A DNA stretch of 64,000 nt from Balanoglossus misakiensis (GCA_040954595.2 CM082589.2:8378232-8442231), one strand, 5' to 3'; positions 49,901 through 62,391 are shown, numbered from the stretch's first letter. The notes: generated by a model not told the origin, from the sequence alone. Made by a program: numbers and translations.

Positions 49901-51666
49901 ACCTGTCGGTCCTTCAGGTATCTCTTCAATGATTCCCATTGACAATAGTTCATCCAGTTTGGCATCGACCTTTGCTCGTAGCCCGTATGGAATTCTGCGA
50001 ACTGGCTGCGCGATAGGTTTTACTGATTCATCAATGTTCAGTTTCAGTTCGTAGCCTTTCAACAGTCCGACACCCTGTAGTATGTCTTTGTAGTCTGCGC
50101 GGATGTCTTCGTCCGATTTCCTGTTGACGCTGTTTATTTCTGTGGGTCCTACGCGAAGCAGTTTCAGGCGTTCTGCAGTCTCTCTGCATAACAATGTTCT
50201 GCCTCCGCCCTTTATGACGACAAAGTCAGCTGTGCACCTCAAATCATCTGGTGACGCAATATTGGCAGTGAACGTACCTAACGTTGGCAGTGGTTCCGTA
50301 CAACCGTAGGCGAATAGTACTCGTGCGGTCTTGCGCGACGTACAACGTACTCTCTGGGTTTTCAGGTATTCCCATGTAGGTTGACCCATCAGGTTACAAG
50401 TTGCCCCTGAATCAATCAGAACGTCTGGCACATCGACGCCTCCGATATTCAGTGAAGTAACTCCGTTGTCATGGTTACGACTCTCATCAACAGTGAACAC
50501 GTATGCCGGTTTCTGCTCACATTGTTCGCTTTCAATGTAGTTGGCATTGTCACTTTTCTCATATCTGTTTCTCCCATGACCTTGATAGCGTTTGGGTTTT
50601 TCTGCCTGGCGTGTACTTTCGGGCATTTTCTTAGGGCACTTTCTGACAAAATGTCCTGTTTCCTCACAATGTCTGCATTTCTGTCCTCTAGCTGGACATG
50701 TAGGATCTCTCGCGAAATGTCCTTGTCTCCCACAGTTATGACAAGTGTTCCCACCAAAGCGTTTCCTACCTGCGCTTGGGGTATTTCTCTTTTGACCTTG
50801 CTCCCTCCCAATAACTGCATTTACTTGGGGTTGCTGGGGTGTGCTTCCTCCCATCGACTGCATTTGAGCATCTACGGCTTCCTGGGCATGCGCTACCATC
50901 AACAAGTCACTGAGACTAGCGTTCTGTTTCTCAAGTAGTTTTCTGCGCATGTGCGGTGAAAAGCATTTATCGATCAGCTGGTCTCTTATATGCTCATCCT
51001 CTTTCTCAGCAAACTCGCATGTACTCGCCCTCTGTCTGAGTCGGCACACAAATTGATCGACCGTTTCATCACTGGCCTGCATAATTTGTCTGAACATGTG
51101 TCTCTCAACTGGGACGTTTGCTTTGGGAATGAAGTGATCGTTCAATACTTGCAGTGTCTCTTTGTAGCTTTTCGTTGCAGCTGCATCTTCACCGATCAGT
51201 GTGAAATAAATGTCTTGCACTTCCAGCCCTGCCGTATGCAACAGTAATGCTCGTTTCTGTGCTTCGTCTGTTACTCCCTTTCCTAACAAATACAGTTCGA
51301 ATGCTCTCCTCCATTTCTTCCATCGCTGAGAAATGGTGTTCGGGTCATCGTTCACACTGAAACTCGTCAGACCTCCGATGTCTATAGGTTTCATGTGGCT
51401 CCCGTTAGCATTGATTCCTTGGGACATTTTTCCGAGTATTCACCATGAAATTGTAATCAAAACTGTTCTGGTTACCTTGTACGAGTGTTTCACCTCGTCG
51501 CCAGTTATAGTGTCCACGTAGATGGCCAATGATACACGTGATGTTAACAGATTAATAACACTTTATTCATGTGAACACAAGATGTCCGCCATGGATGGGC
51601 AGCAACAACAACAGACGGAATTCTGGGTAACTCGGGTCAAAGGTCAACAGTGTTCAGGATACTACA
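46988..51666 (-). mobile_element. Inner (nested) Ty3/Gypsy LTR retrotransposon, very young
   Basis: Identical 161-bp LTRs at 46988-47148 and 51506-51666, ACAAT TSD, minus-strand PBS TGGCGACGAGG at 51503-51493, PPT AGAAAGGAGGGA at 47160-47149. Confidence 0.95.
47383..51427 (-). CDS. Inner element gag-pol polyprotein (Gag-PR-RT-RH-IN), with one frameshift at about 47685-47689 before the integrase C-terminus
   Basis: 1263-aa ORF with two zinc knuckles, LIDSGA, RT IADD, RNase H ADAS..TDHKPL, integrase HEGH..CHGC, TDNG, GEVER. Continues in ORF 47676-47383. Confidence 0.92.
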
Positions 51667-54600
51667 ACAATGTTGAATCAGATGAGCGGAAGAAAACTAT
51701 ATTTCTGACTCAGATCGGTGCTGAGGTGCACACCGTGTTGGTGAATCTTTTGGCGCCAATAAAACCACTTGACAAGTCGTTGGCGGACATCGAAACCTGC
51801 CTGACTGAGCATTATAATCCAGTTCCGTTGGAGATAAGTGAGTCGTTTCACTTTTGGAAAATGGATCAAAAACCGGAAGAGTCCGTGAGTGACTATATTC
51901 TAGCACTGAAGAAGATGTCCATTCACTGCAATTTCGGCAACTATCTCGATAGAGCATTACGGGACAGACTTGTGTGTGGGGTGCTCGATTTGAGAATTCA
52001 ACAGAAATTACTCAACATGCAGAACTTGAACTTTGAGAAAGCATGTCAAACAGCTGCATCGATGGAAATGACGACGAAACAGTCGCAACAGATGAGACAA
52101 GACTCTCACAGTAAAAGTACTGTCATAAACAGTGTTGTAAAACGTGAACATTCTAAAACTGTACAGTGTTTCAGATGTGGAAACAATCATTTTGCGAAAG
52201 AGTGTCCACATAAAAATGTAGTATGTCACAAGTGTTCAAAACAAGGTCACTTTGCAAAGTTTTGTAAAACTAGAGGTAAAGTTAAGGCCAAGGGAAATGT
52301 CAGAAGTGACAAAAAGCATATGGTTAAATCTGTAAAGTCAGTCACTGAAACAGTTGAAGACAGTGATGACTCTGATTCATGTGTGTAAAATGTTGTATCC
52401 TCCATCAATATGAATGTAGGTGGAGAAAAAGCTGGCTATTTTGTAAGCCTAGATTTGAATGGTAAGTCCGTGTCAATGCAAGTAGACACAGCAGCTGACT
52501 ACAGTATCATGTCTAAAACAGAGTATAACAAGAAATTCAGTCAAAGTCCCTTGAGGAAATCTTCGGTAAGACTGAAAAGCTATACTGGAGATCCAATTTC
52601 GGTCTGTGGTGAAATTTTGGTCACAGTATGTTATGATGGTCAGTGTGTCGATTTGCCATTGATAGTAGTGGACCACCCAGGTAAACCAACCCTGCTTGGT
52701 AGAAATTTGTTGCAGAAATTGAAATTAAATTGGTGTAAGATATTTCTGTGTACTGCCCAAACAATCAGTAAAGGAAATACTTGTGATTGTTTGACAGCCA
52801 AAACAAAAGACAGACTTGATTTGATTCTTCGTAAGCACAGTAACATATTTACTGATAGCTATGATGGTATGCGTGGGCACAAAGCTCATATTCGTGTCAA
52901 AGAGGGTGCAAAGCCTGTATTTCACAAGCCAAGACGAGTTCCATATGCGCTTCGTGGAGCAGTCGAAACAGAATTGGCAAAACTGGAAAAAAATGGGGTA
53001 ATAGTTAAAGTTGATCAGTCTGAGTGGGCGAGTCCTATTGTAGTGGTGCCCAAAGCTGATAAAACAGTCAGAATTTGTGGTGACTATAAAGTAAGTATTA
53101 ATCCAGTAGTTGAGGATGAGCAGTGTACTTTACCGACTACACAAGATTTGTATGTTCAACTGTCGGGGTCAAAAGTATTCACACGTTTGGATTTGACACA
53201 TGCTTATGCTCAATTGTCAGTTGATGACGAAAGTAGACAGTATTTGACCATTAATACTCATAAAGGTCTGTACTCGTACACAAAGTTACCATATGGTGTG
53301 AAGTCTGCGCCAAAAATATTTCAGACTAAGATGGATTGTATCCTTCAAGGTGTCCAGAAATGTGTTTGGAAACAAGATGATATCCTTATTGGGGGTGACA
53401 ATGTTCATGAGAATCTTGATATTTTGGAACAAGTTCTCAAAAGATTGAGTGATAATAATTTGCACGTAAATTTGTCAAAGTGTGAATTTGCAAAGTCTAG
53501 CACTGTGTATTTGGGTTTAGAATACAGTGGTGAAGGATTGAAACCTGTGGAATCCTCTGTACAAGCCATAAAACAGGCTCCAGTACCAAAGAATGTATCA
53601 CAATTGCGTTCATTTTTGGGTATGGTACAGTACTACCATCAGTTTTTACCGAATTTAGCTACTGCATTGCAGTCTTTGCATGAGTTGTTAAAGAAAGGTG
53701 TTGTTTGGAAATGGAGCGATAAATGTCAAAAAGCGTATGAGACATGTAAAGCAAATTTGACTAGTGAGACCTTGTTGGTACACTATGATCAGAGTAAGAA
53801 ATTGAAGCTTGATTGTGACGCTTCAAGTTATGGCGTTGGAGCAGTTCGCTCACATGTGTTCGCAAATGGTGATGAGAGACCAATAGCGTATGCCTCTAGA
53901 ACGCTCAGCCCAAGCGAGCGTAACTATGCTCAAATTGAAAGAGAAGCCTTATCATTGATATTTGGAGTTAAGAAGTTTCATGATTTTCTGTATGTTAGAA
54001 AATTCACTCTTGTAACAGATCACAAGCCACTGCTGGCTATTTTGGGTCCAAAAGCGGGTATCCCTACCATAGCAGCTGCAAGAATGCAACGTTGGGCATT
54101 AATTCTGCAGGCATATGACTATGATATTGAGTATCGTAACACAGCGGCACACGCTAACTGTGATGCGTTGTCAAGATTACCAAATCCAAGTAAGCACAAT
54201 ACTGATGCTGATTCCAAAGTATTTGCTGTGGGTATACTTGATGAGAGTTTTCCAGTTCTAGCCGATGATATTGCTAGAGAAACCAGGGTCAATCCAATTC
54301 TCTGTAAAGTGTATGATTATGTTTTGAATGGTTGGCCAAAGAATTGTACAGACATGCCTGATGCATTGAAACCATATTATCAGAAAAGAGATCAATTATC
54401 TCTAGAACGAGGATGTATTCTCTGGGGTCTCAGGGTTGTCATACCAAGGAAATTTCGAGAGAAATTGCTGGATGAACTTCATTGGGAACATCCAGGAATA
54501 TGTGCAATGAAAGCACTGGCACGCAGTCATGTGTGGTGGCCAGGAATTGATTCTGATATTGAATCCAAGGTCAAAGCTTGTTCAGTATGTCAGAGAGCAA

Positions 54601-55980
54601 GACCAACACCCAGTAAATTACCATTACATCCATGGGTTTGGCCAATGAGACCTTTTCAGAGAGTGCATATTGAATTTTGTGAAGATAAGACATCGTATTA
54701 TCTTATTCTTGTCATTCTAAATGGGTTGATGTGAAGCCAATGAAAAGCATAACAGCAGAGCGTACAATTGATGAGTTAAGGCTCATATTTGCTGAACACG
54801 GTCTGCCTGAACAGTTAGTTTCAGATAATGGCCCACTATTCACGTCTGCTGAATTTGATATATTCATGAAAAGAAATGGTATTCATCATACTAAAGTAGC
54901 TCCATATCATCCTGCGTCTAATGGTGCTGCTGAAAGAGTTAAACTTGTGAAAGAAAGTTTCACTAAGCAAGTTTTAGCTGGTGGATCATCTATGTCTTTG
55001 AAACGTAGAATAGCTAATTTTCTATTGAGGTATAGAACCACACCTCACTGAATTGATGTGTAAAAGACAGCTTCGTACCAGATTGAGTTTGGTAAAACCT
55101 TGTTTGGCTAAAAAGGTTGAAAAGAAACAGGAAGCACATAAAGAGCAATTCGATCGTTCTAGAAAACAAGAGCGATACTTTGAAATAGGTGATGTGGTTA
55201 GAGTGAAAAATCCTAGACCACAGTCCAAACATGACAAATGGTTATTGGGGTCGATCATTGAAGTCAAAGGACCTCGAAATTACATTGTGAAAATAGGATC
55301 CATGACTAAACTAGTTCATGCTGATCATATGTTGAAAACCATGGAAGAGTTTCAAACTGAGTTGCCTATGACCGAGTTCAATGATTCAGTTTTGACTAAT
55401 CTTGATATCTGTGAAAGACCAGTAACTGAAATGTTCAGTACAATTCCTGTTCAGAATTCTTGTAAACCACAACCAGTGGAAAATACTGATGTGAAAGTTG
55501 CTAGTGATTCTGGCCAAGCTACACAAAGTCAGAATACACAAGTGAAACCTGGAAATATTACAGAACCTGTAAGGAGATCAGACAGAGTCAGAAAACCCGT
55601 TGTGAAACTGAATTTGTAATTTCAGTAGTTTTTTTGTTAACAAAGATGTTGTGTTTACAAGTTGACATTTGTTGAAGTTTGTCAAGCCACCCTATTTCTT
55701 TTAAAGGGAAGGCAGTGTAATATATGCATGTATTCATGATGACGTAGTGTGCGCATGCGTAGTAATAAACTGTACTACAGGTCTCTCCTGAAGTTGAATG
55801 AACAACTGTCTGCTGTGTCCTCTTGTGCTCTCCTTGAATATATCCCCGATATATCACAAAAAGTATCCGGATCGAGGAAACGAAATTCTCAAACTGGGTG
55901 CTAACTGGGAAATACTAGACGTCACTGGGTCTGTTTGCGTCTCTGAACACCGATTCGCTGCAGTGTACCAAAGGCTGGCC

Positions 55981-57969
55981 ATGTATCTAAACGGATTTCT
56001 TGTCTTGCAATATTCGTGCTGGCTCGTGTGCGTTCCAGAGTCGAAGCTCTTGATCCCGAATTCGTGACACAGCCAACTGACGTTAAAAAGGTATTCACGC
56101 ACGGTAGCAGTGAGTATTCCCTTGCGGACTTATACTGTGCCGTTGAAAATTTAATGGGTCATAGTGTACAATGGTACAAGAACGGATTACAAGTCAGCAA
56201 CAACGGCGACGTCTTCATGACGATGTACACTGACGATCGTTATACTGTAGTCCACTATTCGTCCCCACCTCTTTTAATATTCAATGTACACATCAACACG
56301 AATGCGGCCAATGCTATCAAAGACTCGGGCAATTACCTATGTTTAGTGACGGCAACCCCCTACTTGCAATCCACTATTGCCCGCCTAGACGTCTATGTAC
56401 TCCCCCAGTCAGACTCGTTACGATATTCAATTGGTACTGTTACCGAAGATGACGATTTCAACGTTAGTGAAGGAATACCGATCTCCTTAAAGTGTCGTTC
56501 AGATTCTACAGGTGTACCTGCCGTAACAACCAAATGGGCAAGAAACGGGTTTCACGCTGACATTGTTGCTGCAATCAGAGACACGGATCCGGATGGCTCA
56601 AACGTTCTCTACTATTCATGGACACCAACACGCCAACAGCAACATGCAACATTTACCTGTACAGGATTTCACCCCGCCTACGACACAAACAAAACATGTC
56701 AGCTAGGTCCATTCAGTGTACAGTACAAACCAATCGTTCAACTTTCGCCATCGTCGTACACACTAACCATGGAATCAGAGGTCGTCACCTTCACATGCAC
56801 AGCCGATGCAAATCCTGCAGTGGCAGACTATGTGTGGACAACTCCACACACTGAAAGATTTCACCAGCAGAGCGACAATGTGATCGTTGGTTCAGGTTTT
56901 GAGAGTAGTGACAATGGTGCGTATTTCGTCGTGACCTGTGTAGCAGTCAATGGCATCGGCGATTCAGCACCTGCCAACAGTATATTGTATGTCAACATTC
57001 CATCCACAACTGTAAAGCATCTGAGTACATCGATGGACATTTTTACCACAAATGGAGTGGATTTTGACGTCACAAGTAAAGAGCAACAGTGGATGAATAC
57101 CACGGGAGAACCTACCAGTGAAACACTAGCGTATGGACAGAAAGAATCTGGGCAAATAAGCAAGGAAGGGGTTGGAGTCATAATTGGCAGTGCATGCAGT
57201 TGGAGTGTGTGGCTTTATTTTAGCTTTAGTTTGTATCATAGTTGTCGTCTGTATCTGCAAGTCACGCAGGAAACAGACTGGGAATGCGCAAACACCAACA
57301 ATAACACCAGCACCAACGCATATCCACAGATATGCATCCCCTTACGAAAACATTGAAACTAAAAATTCTGATTCAGTCGACTCTGCAGATCCACTGCCGT
57401 ATTCATCAGTAATCTCAGCATGCAATCAGTCGGATGAATACGACAACGGAAAAAGATCCACCGACGATTCAACGTCTTTGGAAACCCGACTGAAAGCCAA
57501 AATCTATATAGATAGAAATAAAGATCGCGTTGCAAATTCAGCTACTTTGGAACCTGGCGTCATGAGATCGGGTAACCGAGGACTGATAGTAGATGAAGGA
57601 AGCCGGCGGACAGACCATAAAACCAATGGGCAAGAAATGGACGTGAGAGTCCACTTTGGTCAGATTCCTGCAGACAGTGTCCAGTATGACGATATCGTTG
57701 TTGCCAGGCAACAACCAGAACATTATCAAAGTTTGAATTCCCCAGACAAAGTTGACTACATGTCCCTGGACGGTGCAAAAGTTACCGGGGAGGGCGTTGC
57801 ACATGGCGAACCGCAAATTTTCACCGACCAGGATCCTCAAAGTCCGGTCAAAGAATTCGACGGTAATGAGGTCAGCGATGGCGCCGAACATTATCAAAGT
57901 TTAACCCTTACAACCACTGATGTTTACACGTCACTTGATGGTGTAAAGGTTATCGAGAAAACTAAATAA
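55981..57969 (+). pseudogene. Ig receptor copy F: divergent three-Ig ectodomain, E-like TM and juxtamembrane region, A/C-like double-ITAM tail; frameshifted
   Basis: ATG 55981 is out of frame with the ectodomain (frameshift in the signal peptide at about 56003). A TGCA 4-bp duplication at 57191-57198 shifts the frame inside the TM. Tail YQSL-x7-YMSL and YQSL-x7-YTSL. Confidence 0.82.
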
Positions 57970-58607
57970 GGAATTTCAGACAAACGATAGACACAATGCA
58001 AGATGTTTGTGAAAATCAAATTAATAATTTTCCAGCTCGACATGTTATTAATTCTTGAATATTACCCCGGGTTCGATTGGTACAATAACGAAAAATTACA
58101 TGACATTGTAATGATTTTCTCCGACACATATGTTATAATAACAATTGGTATTATGTGTACTTTTAAGTCTCTGGCATAGAAATATGGTCAAACAACATTA
58201 CGTATAAGTTTACTAAGCAACCAATTATAGTAGATATAAAAGCGGTACCTGTCACGAAGAATGTTTTCATATTTATGCAATCAAAAGTTCTAGGACTTCT
58301 TTAGAAACACTCGTAAAATGAAACATATAATGATCAACAAATGTAAGCGCCAATGTGATATACATATGATTATACATCTGATTTTAATATTAATCGGGGA
58401 TAAGATTATTGAAGGCCATGGTATAGGGAAATTTTGATAATTAGATTGATCAACAGTTGTAATTTCTCTATACGTATTAGCTAACGACTTCGAAATTTAC
58501 TATCATATGAACATATGCATTTATATATGCATAATATATGCATTTAATCTACGCACCATATCGATAATCTTGTAATCCCTCTTAAGAATGGTAAATTTGT
58601 GTACATG

Positions 58608-59450
58608 CATGTATGTTATTTTTCAAAGAAATTTAATTCTCACCAGGAGAACTATTCAATTATTGAGAAAGAATTATTAACTTTGGTGTTAGCCGTACAG
58701 AATTGTGAGTGCATGTTAACGGCGAATTTCATTAGGTTGTGTATACAGATCACAATTCTTTGACATTCTTACACAGAATGAAAAGAAAGAATCGTATAAT
58801 CTTAAATTGGAGCTTACTGTTGCAGGAATATACGCTCGAAATCAAACACATTAAGGGTAAAGACAACATTGTCGCAGATAGTTTGTCTCGATGTTGAATA
58901 TGGTTTTTTGGATAAGTTTCGCCATGACATGTCAAAATTATCTTTCGGTGTGGGAGGTGTTACGATTGTACTACGAATGCAAAGAATTTAAATATCAGTG
59001 GTGGATGAACAATAAGGGTGTACGTCATTAACATAGCATTAGCTGTAGTAGCCGTACACCTGGGTATTTTGAATATTACGTAAGGGTTTTTGATTTTTGA
59101 CTCTCGGCAACGGCAGTCAAGTGGCGTGAGCCGAACAGAAAAGAGACAAGTTGCACTCGGCCATGCGCGACGGGGACTGGTATCCTGTAATCCTTGTGTA
59201 AGCTCGACGTTGAAGTTCAGCTCACCCAGGCACGTCGGGTATGTCCTGTCGATTTTGAATTCAGCGTTGCCCTCGGACTTAAAATGCATGTCTACGCCAG
59301 CAACTGTAAGTGAAGTGAACCAGGTAATTTCTTTTGAGAGGACTTCAGGAAAGAACTTTGTGAGTAAGCAGCATGCTAGCGTGAACCATCGTTGGGTCGG
59401 TGCAGAGAATTCACGGAACACTGAAGTCGTGAATACCCGAACTTGTAAAT
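58608..59450 (+). mobile_element. 3' fragment of a Gypsy element ending in RNase H (Gmr1-like domain order), followed by a PPT and probable LTR
   Basis: YFSKKFNSHQENYSIIEKELL..VYTDHNSL..WSLLLQEY..IKHIKGKDNIVADSLSRC* (stop at 58897), then GGGAGG|TGTTACG at 58958. The LTR end is not determined. Confidence 0.65.
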
Positions 59451-60899
59451 TGTAGTAAGAATTCGTTAGTTATTAGGAGAACAAATGTGCATCAATACAG
59501 CTACAGAAACATTTGAACTGCAATTTGTGTTTTGTCCCATTATGCAAATCTCAACACTTCCTTGGCGTGCCATTGAGTGATCTAATCTTCACAAAAACGT
59601 TCACATCGTTAAAAATGGATTTTTTTTTTCATTTCACTCATTTTTTTATCTCACTCATGAAAGAATTGGAAAAGTGGTGGCGAAACTTTTGGTCGTGCAC
59701 GATGATTATTCAAAGCGGTCACCGTGATTATTCAAAACCATCCAAGTGTGTTCAAAATGGCAGACTACAAACACAAAAGGTCTTCTCATGCATGATGCAT
59801 TCCGTCGTACATTTGGCAGTTTCCGCGTATGGAGCGCATAACTGTGCCTTCAACGACGTCCAAGCGATATTTTGCTTAGAGTTCTGTCGTTCACCAAAGC
59901 CATTGTAGCCGCCAAACAAAACCCTTACTTCTCTTAAACTACTATAGACGTATATTCTAGTCACGATTACGACCTCACTGCCGTATACGGTGAAGAGATT
60001 CGGGATCCAGAATAAACCTGTGAATGTCCCAGGTATGGTAGGACCAGCAGTTTTAATAACAGTGTATTTGCATAAAATTTTATGTGAACTGATGTTATGG
60101 TATGGCCTAGTTAAGAATGTATAGAAATTAGTTTCTAATCAAAATACGCATTGCTGTGTGGCAAATTATCGACTGATATGTCTAATTACTATCATATTCA
60201 AACAAATTAACCATTTAGGCCTATAAGCCTCTTACTGGTTACTTGTACGAAAGTTTGAGAAATGTTTCACGCGCGATTATAGAAATAAAATACAGGTATA
60301 TCACACGAGTGAAATGCGTGAAAATTAGTATGTACCTGAGTTCGACGTTGTGGTACATAGAGGTGTGCCGATTGCTTTGTAGAACAGAATTCTCGTACAT
60401 ACGTAGGGTCAAGGACATCGACACATGATTTAAATATGAATGTGTGCGCTCAGTCTTCAACTGTTTGTATTTTAATTCAACAACGCAATTGAGCCAAAAA
60501 ACTACAGGTCAGATAAATTGTTTTCTCGTAAATTCAACATTCGAATCAAATTTGGCGTTGGAAACAAACGGCGGGTCGCCAGTTCCTGGTCTGGAGGCTG
60601 GTAGAGTCACGTCTTGAAGACTGGCCCCTATTTTAATAAGGGCATTGTCATGACCGGCCAACCTTTGACCTCGGAGACCACAATGTGGAGCTAGCTATCG
60701 ATCAGCTTTTCGCGTTTCAATCAAACATTGCAATCACGGGCTAAAATCACTAACTACTTGATACCTTTTTCGGTGTTTCATCTAACCTTTGAAAGGAGTA
60801 TAATAAAAATGAAATGACCGCACGTAATGTGCATTTCTTGTTCACGTGTGGGGACTATATGTGTGCGTAATGATCCAAATGCAAGGGGTTGTGTGAACA

Positions 60900-61385
60900 G
60901 GCCTTAAATAATGAGTTTGCGTTAAATAATGAGTTTGCGTTAAATAATAAGTTGACAAACGGCGCGAGTGCATTTTTTCATGGTTTAGAAATCACTTATT
61001 TATATATAATTCATTATATAATGTAAATCACTCATGATATATATATAATAGACTTGCACTTAAATTATTTATAAATCACTCATGATATATATATATAATA
61101 CACTTAATTTTTTTTTATTTATAAATAATTAATTAAATATAAATAATTATGTACATCACTCATGATATATATATATAATAGACTGACACTGACATTGTTT
61201 ATAAATAATTTATTTTATATAAATAATAGAGCATAAAATACATTTTATGTATATAATTGAATCGACTTGAAATTATTTATAAATAAATTGTCAGGACTTA
61301 AATGGTTTGCAAATCTATAATTACATACATATAAGTATGTTAAATAACGACTTTTGAACAAATAATTTAGCTAAATAATAAGTTA
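60900..61385. repeat. AT-rich low-complexity region with short internal repeats
   Basis: Repeated TTAAATAATGAGTTTGCG and ATCACTCATGATATATATATAATA units. Confidence 0.7.
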
Positions 61386-62391
61386 ACACATGGCACCCCA
61401 TACTAGTACTGCTACTTCTGAGCGGACTCAGGCGACCTTGTTAGCTATATATAGCCCTGATATATAGCTAGGTCTAACGCAGGGCCATGAGTGATTTTGG
61501 TATTTTGTAAGATACTTGATCACGATTCTTGGAATATTGCGTAGACAAAATAATTTGCGCCTGTTTGTATCTGTTAACTCGAGCAGCGTACACTGAATGG
61601 CCGTGTGCCAAACACGTTGTCTATGGGAGTCGCAGAAATACTACCCACTTTCGGGCGTGGAATTCAACACGGTCATACGGGGTTTTAGAAAGAGGCGATT
61701 AGAGGCGCTTTCATGTTTTTAAATTGTTGTGATGAAGAAAAACTCAATAATGCTTTTTAAATGGATATCGCCCCGACCGTTTTCATGCAATAATGCCCAA
61801 AACACAGCTAATTAACTTTTTAAGGTCCTACTTTAAGATTGGGTATGTCAATTTCAACTCTCTGTAAAATAAACACAGATGTAGTATCATACGGGCAAAA
61901 ATGTCTGGTGTTTCACACATAATGTAACTTTCTAAATTTGAGATCGTGATTTATTTCTATGATCACATTCTGTTCAAAAACGGTTTTTTTCGAGCCTTTA
62001 CTGTCGACAAGACGCACATATGAGTGAGCCTGAATGCTGCACTCTGATTGGTCAATTTAGTAGCCACTAGAGGGCAGCGTTCGTGAGTCGCCCCCCCCCC
62101 CCCCCCCCCCTGCTTACTAGGGTTATTGTTCGATGAACAACAACGTTGAGTTCCACCTGGGACTTGGACGTACATCCTGGTTCAACAGAAAACACAGATA
62201 TAGTTGTTTATAAGTCTGAATTGCGGCATCCCTTACAGCAAACTGCGAAATATGCCCTTACATTAATCGTCTTGGTATTCCAAACAGTAGGCTTTGATCA
62301 TATTTTTGGATTTTGGAGATACCTTTCTCTAGTGCCCCTTGGAGCTGAGGGTGTATTAGCTGAGAATGAAACCGTTTATCCCCCAATTTAA

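Larger units (their letters stand above)
46880..55619 (+). pseudogene. Outer element gag-pol, split by the nested insertion after 46987 and resuming at 51672
   Basis: MATGG..FFVANN|VESDERKK gag with two CCHC knuckles; in-frame TAA at 52386; protease VDTAA; RT KQDD; RNase H CDAS..TDHKPL; integrase HWEH..CSVC, SDNG, GAAER, with frameshifts near 54712 and 55050. Confidence 0.88.
46345..55858 (+). mobile_element. Outer Ty3/Gypsy (Mag-like) LTR retrotransposon, degenerate and interrupted by a nested element
   Basis: 143-bp TG...CA LTRs at 46345-46487 and 55716-55858 (one mismatch seen), AAAAG TSD, PBS TGGCGACGAGG at 46491, PPT AAAGGGAAGGCAG at 55703. Confidence 0.95.
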
